A stretch of 37,737 nt of DNA from contig JAZOAA010000023.1 of the NCBI GenBank assembly GCA_045595265.1, positions 1 through 37,737 on the forward strand. Reading direction: 5' to 3'. This document shows positions 33,708 through 37,737 of this stretch, in pieces. The translations under genes were made by a program, and so were the position numbers. The DNA comes from Eubacteriales bacterium. Lineage in GTDB: Bacteria; Bacillota; Clostridia; Oscillospirales; CAG-272. The notes under the pieces were generated by a model, which did no database searches, was not told the origin of the DNA, and saw only the letters and a program-made list of their open reading frames with translations. Within the stretch, counting starts at the first letter, position 1. Every line of letters starts with the position of its first letter.

Positions 33708-34594
33708 TATTCCTCTTCCTTATATCCAAAATCGGAAATATTAAAATTGCTGTCGCGCCAATTTTCCTTCACTCTTACGTAAAGGTCTAAAAATACTTTT
33801 GTATCAAGCATTTTTTCTATATCTTCTCTCGCTTGCGTGCCTATTTTTTTTATACAAGCCGCACCTTTTCCGATAATAATTCCTTTGTGAGATGCTTTTT
33901 CACAATATATTTCAGCTCTTATCGAAACCTTACCGCGCCCCTCGCGCCACTCCTCAATGGTAACGGCTGTTCCGTGAGGAATTTCTTCGTCGAGATTTCT
34001 CAGAAGCTTTTCTCTTATTATTTCCGCAGCAATCTGACGCTCAGGCTGATCGGTTACAATGTCGGATGGGAAAAGCCAATCGCTCTCATAAAGATAACGT
34101 TCGCACTCGTTTATTATTATGTCTATGCCCTTTCCTGATTTTGCACTAACCGGTACAACGGCATCAAAATCAAACACCTCTGCATATGCAGCAATAGTTT
34201 TCGCAATAGCGGGCGCTCTGAACGCATCAATCTTGTTAATAACGAGAATAGCGCTCATGCCGTCCTGCTTAAGTCTTTTTATTATTTCGGCTTCTATATC
34301 GCCAACGCTCTCTCTTGGCTCAACAACGAGTATCGCGCTGTCAACCCCGCCGAGCGTCTGGCTAACCGTCTTAACCATAAAATCGCCAAGACGGGTTCTG
34401 GGCTTGTGCATTCCAGGTGTATCGAGAAAAACATACTGATTTTCACCCGTTGTATGTATACCGGTTATTCTGTTTCTTGTAGTCTGAGGTTTTTTTGAAA
34501 CTATTGCAATTTTTTCGCCGAGTATTGCGTTAAGGAGAGTTGATTTTCCAACGTTAGGACGTCCTACTATTGCTATAAATCCTGTTTTTTTCAT
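33707..34594 (-). CDS. era: GTPase Era
   Basis: GRPNVGKSTLLN (G1), DTPG (G3), NKID (G4) and a C-terminal KH domain. Confidence 0.97.
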   Translation of the reverse strand: MKKTGFIAIVGRPNVGKSTLLNAILGEKIAIVSKKPQTTRNRITGIHTTGENQYVFLDTPGMHKPRTRLGDFMVKTVSQTLGGVDSAILVVEPRESVGDIEAEIIKRLKQDGMSAILVINKIDAFRAPAIAKTIAAYAEVFDFDAVVPVSAKSGKGIDIIINECERYLYESDWLFPSDIVTDQPERQIAAEIIREKLLRNLDEEIPHGTAVTIEEWREGRGKVSIRAEIYCEKASHKGIIIGKGAACIKKIGTQAREDIEKMLDTKVFLDLYVRVKENWRDSNFNISDFGYKEEE

Positions 34595-34606
34595 CTTAAA
34601 ATTCCC

Positions 34607-35083
34607 TTATATTTCGAGAGTAGAAATTATTTCTCTTTGCGCCGAGCACTGTGCTTCCTCATCCTCCGCTCCTCTTTCGTGATCATAGCCTAAGAGGTGG
34701 AGAGTTGAGTGAATAGCAAGGAAAGCTATTTCTGTAAGAAAAGTATTCCCAAGCTCTTTCGCCTGTACTTTTGCGCGTTCTATTGATATGACGATATCGC
34801 CAAGAGGAACGGTGTCATAATTTCCAAAAAGCTCTTCGGACGAAAAATCGTAAAGCGGGAATGACAAGACGTCTGTCTCGCTATCTTTTCCCCTATATTT
34901 TTTGTTAAGCTCCTTTATATAATCGTTATCGCAAAGCGTAACGGAAACCTCGGAATTAAACGGCACACCTTCGTGCTCAAGTGTCGCGAGGACTGCGCGT
35001 CTTATGATAAGCTTAAAATAATAATCACATTCCTCAAACTGTTTTGTCGCAGAGAAATTTATAAAGAGTTTTGTGTCCTTCAT
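34607..35083 (-). CDS. ybeY: rRNA maturation endoribonuclease YbeY
   Basis: 158 aa. HSTLHLLGYDH zinc motif (H..H.....H). Confidence 0.95.
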   Translation of the reverse strand: MKDTKLFINFSATKQFEECDYYFKLIIRRAVLATLEHEGVPFNSEVSVTLCDNDYIKELNKKYRGKDSETDVLSFPLYDFSSEELFGNYDTVPLGDIVISIERAKVQAKELGNTFLTEIAFLAIHSTLHLLGYDHERGAEDEEAQCSAQREIISTLEI

Positions 35084-35094
35084 ATTAGCTACCT

Positions 35095-36108
35095 TTACTG
35101 TTGTTTTTTTGATTCTGCCTTGAATTTTTTAGAATTTTGTTCAGATTCATACTTATCATATGCTAAAATGATCCTCTTGACGAGATGATGTCTGACAACG
35201 TCGCGCTCTGTGAATTTATGAATACCTATTCCCTCGATATTATCTAAAATTTTCGCCGCGATAGAGAGACCGCTTTTCTTTCCAAACGGAAGATCCGTCT
35301 GGGAAAGATCGCCTGTAACTACCACCTTTGAATTATATCCTAAACGCGTCAAAAACATCTTCATCTGCTCAGGAGTTGTATTCTGCGCTTCATCAAGAAT
35401 TATAAACGAATCGTCAAGCGTCCTGCCTCGCATATATGCAAGAGGTGCTATCTCAATAGTTGTTCTCTCAAGCTGTCTTTGAAAATTCTCGGGTCCAAGC
35501 ATCTCGAAAAGCGCATCGTATAACGGTCTGAGGTACGGGTCTATCTTACTTTGCAAATCTCCCGGCAAAAAGCCAAGGCGTTCACCCGCCTCGACAGCGG
35601 GTCGTGTAAGAATTATTCTGTTAACACTTTTATTGCGCAAAGCCTCAACCGCCATGGCAACAGCGAGAAACGTTTTTCCCGTTCCGGCAGGCCCAAGTCC
35701 CAGAACGACAGTATTCTTCTTAATAGACTCTACGTATTTCTTCTGTCCCAGTGTTTTTGCCTTTATCGGCTTGCCTTTATTGGTTACACAAATAACGTCG
35801 CGTGAAAGCTGTTCTGCCCCTTCGTCAGCGTTATCCTTTACTAAAGCTATAACATACTCGATACTCGACTCGCTGATAGTTTCACCGGCACCGCTCATAT
35901 GCTTAAGATACTCCAAGACTCTTGTAGCCATCTCAACGCCTTCGCCATCACCCCTGACAACTATACAGTCACCATGATCGGCGCTTGAAGCTGTGTTTGA
36001 AATACGAACGTCAAAGCTGTTTTCTATTATTTTTACATTTGAATCAAACGCGCCAAAAATGGCAGACGTTGATTCGCTGGAATTAGTACTAACAATTTTT
36101 TCGATCAT
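35095..36108 (-). CDS. phoH: PhoH-family ATPase
   Basis: GPAGTGKTFLA Walker A, ILDEAQN Walker B, and C-terminal VVRHHLV. Confidence 0.93.
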   Translation of the reverse strand: MIEKIVSTNSSESTSAIFGAFDSNVKIIENSFDVRISNTASSADHGDCIVVRGDGEGVEMATRVLEYLKHMSGAGETISESSIEYVIALVKDNADEGAEQLSRDVICVTNKGKPIKAKTLGQKKYVESIKKNTVVLGLGPAGTGKTFLAVAMAVEALRNKSVNRIILTRPAVEAGERLGFLPGDLQSKIDPYLRPLYDALFEMLGPENFQRQLERTTIEIAPLAYMRGRTLDDSFIILDEAQNTTPEQMKMFLTRLGYNSKVVVTGDLSQTDLPFGKKSGLSIAAKILDNIEGIGIHKFTERDVVRHHLVKRIILAYDKYESEQNSKKFKAESKKQQ

Positions 36109-36119
36109 TGCATACCGCC

Positions 36120-37289
36120 TTAATCAACTTCAAATTCAGATATTTTTCCTACATCGAGGGAAAAGACGAGATCGGAATACATCGAGTATCCCCCGTCAAC
36201 AAAAGCACCGTATGTACGGATTTTTTCAAGATCCGCACCATGAAGCCTTGTTACAACCTCAGAATTCAGTCTACTCGATGCTACCGTGATTATCTCATCG
36301 TCTGAATATTCCATTTGCTCCGTCGTATTTATTTCAGCGTACGACATAACGATAGAGAACGGAAATTTAGAACCACCCGAATGAGAAAATACTTTTACAT
36401 TTTCTATTATATCACACCCTTGATATGAATTTCCATATTTTTTGAAAATATTTATAGGAAAATTAAATATTTTAATAGTATATTCTAATATTTGCTCCTG
36501 CTTTTCGATTACCTTTTCATATTTGCGCTCAACAAAAACCTCAACAGAGTCGCTCATAACACCTATAACGTTTCCCTCGGCGTAGCAAAGCTCGCCCCCT
36601 GCACTCTCCGGCAAAATTCCAGCTATTAAAACGTCGCCTTTTTTTACACTATCGCCAACCTTTACCTGCGCGCTGCCGCGTTTAACCGTTATTTCCGTAA
36701 TAACGCAATCAGTTTCTGCAACTACATTTGCATATATTCCACGTTTTTCGTTCTCTTCATATATGTCTGCGTCTTCCTTTTCCGCAACAGTAACGTATGC
36801 CACTGAACCGCGTCTGTTTACGTTTATCCATGATATTCCGTCAAGACGTGACAAAAGCGATGTTTCTAAAGATGAAGTATCAATATTGGTCCATAAATCT
36901 CCTATACCGAGTCCACACTCCTTGAGTTCTCTGACTATATATGTATCGGTAAATCTTTCATTACCGGATATCCTTACGTCCCACACGGTATTTTCTGACA
37001 GAAGGCATATAATTAACGAGATGAAAATGCCAATAATAATTCCATACTTGTTCTTAGTTCGTAAAAGAGCGCCGGCAAGCCCTCTTACCTCTCCCATTTC
37101 ATAATCTGACAGACCGCTTAAAATCTGACATGCTATCTTTGCATCACTTTCTCTTATTATAAGAATTCCGTCTGATTCAACAGTCGGTGTGAGTCCGCGT
37201 GAAATGAAAGCCGAAACCACAGATGAGAGCTTTTCTTTAGGAACGGCTATCTTTCTATATCCGAAAATAAAAAAACTAATTTTTACCAT
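36120..37289 (-). CDS. yqfD: Sporulation protein YqfD
   Basis: 389 aa. Single central TM (IIIGIFISLIICLL), position between yqfC and phoH as in Bacillus/Clostridium, and overlap with the yqfC stop. Confidence 0.82.
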   Translation of the reverse strand: MVKISFFIFGYRKIAVPKEKLSSVVSAFISRGLTPTVESDGILIIRESDAKIACQILSGLSDYEMGEVRGLAGALLRTKNKYGIIIGIFISLIICLLSENTVWDVRISGNERFTDTYIVRELKECGLGIGDLWTNIDTSSLETSLLSRLDGISWINVNRRGSVAYVTVAEKEDADIYEENEKRGIYANVVAETDCVITEITVKRGSAQVKVGDSVKKGDVLIAGILPESAGGELCYAEGNVIGVMSDSVEVFVERKYEKVIEKQEQILEYTIKIFNFPINIFKKYGNSYQGCDIIENVKVFSHSGGSKFPFSIVMSYAEINTTEQMEYSDDEIITVASSRLNSEVVTRLHGADLEKIRTYGAFVDGGYSMYSDLVFSLDVGKISEFEVD

Positions 37290-37545
37290 AACAAAACTTT
37301 ATATCCTCTACATATCCATCTATGCGCACAGCATGATTTTCGTAAACACACATCTTAATTTTAGAGCCCAAAACATGAACCGTGGCACTATGAGTTTTCA
37401 AAATTACCAAAGTATCTGTAAATTCGCTTACGCATACAACTCCTGTTACATGAATATTCATACCGAATCCATCTCTGTCTGCTTCTAAATGAAACGAAGG
37501 TGAAGGAGATTGATTTTTAGGTGCCTTTTTATCACTTTTTCGCAT
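37276..37545 (-). CDS. yqfC: Sporulation protein YqfC (YabP/YqfC family)
   Basis: 89 aa, beta-rich (VLGSKIKMCVYENHAVRIDGYVEDIKF); conserved yqfC-yqfD pairing. Confidence 0.78.
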   Translation of the reverse strand: MRKSDKKAPKNQSPSPSFHLEADRDGFGMNIHVTGVVCVSEFTDTLVILKTHSATVHVLGSKIKMCVYENHAVRIDGYVEDIKFCYGKN

Positions 37546-37601
37546 TTTAATTACCGCCTTAACATAAGTCTATAATAAATCTATGTGAAAGGAAGAAAAA
37601 A

Positions 37602-37737
37602 ATGACGGTAAAAAGGCTTATTTCAAATAACAGAAGAATAAAAAACGCGATAGTTATGGTATCATTCTTCTTTTGCGTGTTTGTTTTAATATCGTATGGA
37701 AATGATGCAAAAAATTCTATTATATACGGTATTAAGC
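37602..37737 (+). CDS. Membrane protein, N-terminal fragment (possibly YlbJ/nucleoside-recognition-type), runs off window
   Basis: ATG 37602 follows GAAAGGAAG. MTVKRLISNNRRIKNAIVMVSFFFCVFVLISYGNDAKNSIIYGIK has a basic N-terminus plus one TM helix. Only 45 codons are visible. Confidence 0.4.
   Translation, partial: MTVKRLISNNRRIKNAIVMVSFFFCVFVLISYGNDAKNSIIYGIK

Noticed and set aside
37546-37601. Sporulation sigma-factor (sigma-E/K) promoter upstream of yqfC
   Set aside because: A CATAGA-like element is present, but I could not align both -35 and -10 consensus elements with proper spacing.
1-37737. CRISPR arrays, IS elements/transposases, integrases, prophage genes, rRNA genes and toxin-antitoxin or known defence systems
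   Set aside because: I scanned both strands and the ORF track and saw no repeat-spacer periodicity, no terminal inverted repeats flanking a transposase-like ORF, and no recombinase or nuclease/ATPase defence-type proteins.

Overview
This is a chromosomal window from a moderately AT-rich Firmicutes genome, Clostridia-like and spore-forming (yqfC/yqfD are present). About 80% is conserved housekeeping: smc-radical SAM-rnc-plsX-trmFO-topA-dprA-trmH, infC-rpmI-rplT, ylxM-ffh-rpsP-KH, rsmA, tRNA-Thr, and mutS2-recO-era-ybeY-phoH-yqfD-yqfC. Nearly all intergenic regions carry readable sigma-A type promoters (TTGACA-17 nt-TATAAT) and hairpin plus U-tract terminators. There are two accessory patches. 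(1) 15.3-24.3 kb holds fumC and a malic enzyme. It also has an AraC-controlled cluster with two type-I-dehydroquinase-like paralogs (one frameshifted), an SDR, an MBL hydrolase and a quinone oxidoreductase, followed by glpK. (2) 24.4-27.3 kb is a compact, AT-richer cassette bounded by two bidirectional terminators, and is the most interesting part of the window. It contains a 33-aa two-cysteine peptide gene that is missing from the ORF track because it is under 60 aa. This is followed by a leaky-terminator hairpin, a 300-aa protein with no family I can recognise (weak kinase-like motifs), and a translationally coupled radical SAM/SPASM enzyme with an N-terminal PqqD-like domain. A small XRE regulator is transcribed divergently from back-to-back promoters that carry repeated AGTTAA/TTAACT half-sites. 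I read this as an uncharacterised RiPP (ranthipeptide/sactipeptide-like) maturation system with an unusual extra enzyme. A second notable element is an orphan structured RNA unit of about 190 nt (11.33-11.55 kb), with its own promoter and terminator, that I cannot assign to a known class. All calls rest on reading the sequence and on motif recall. No database searches were run.
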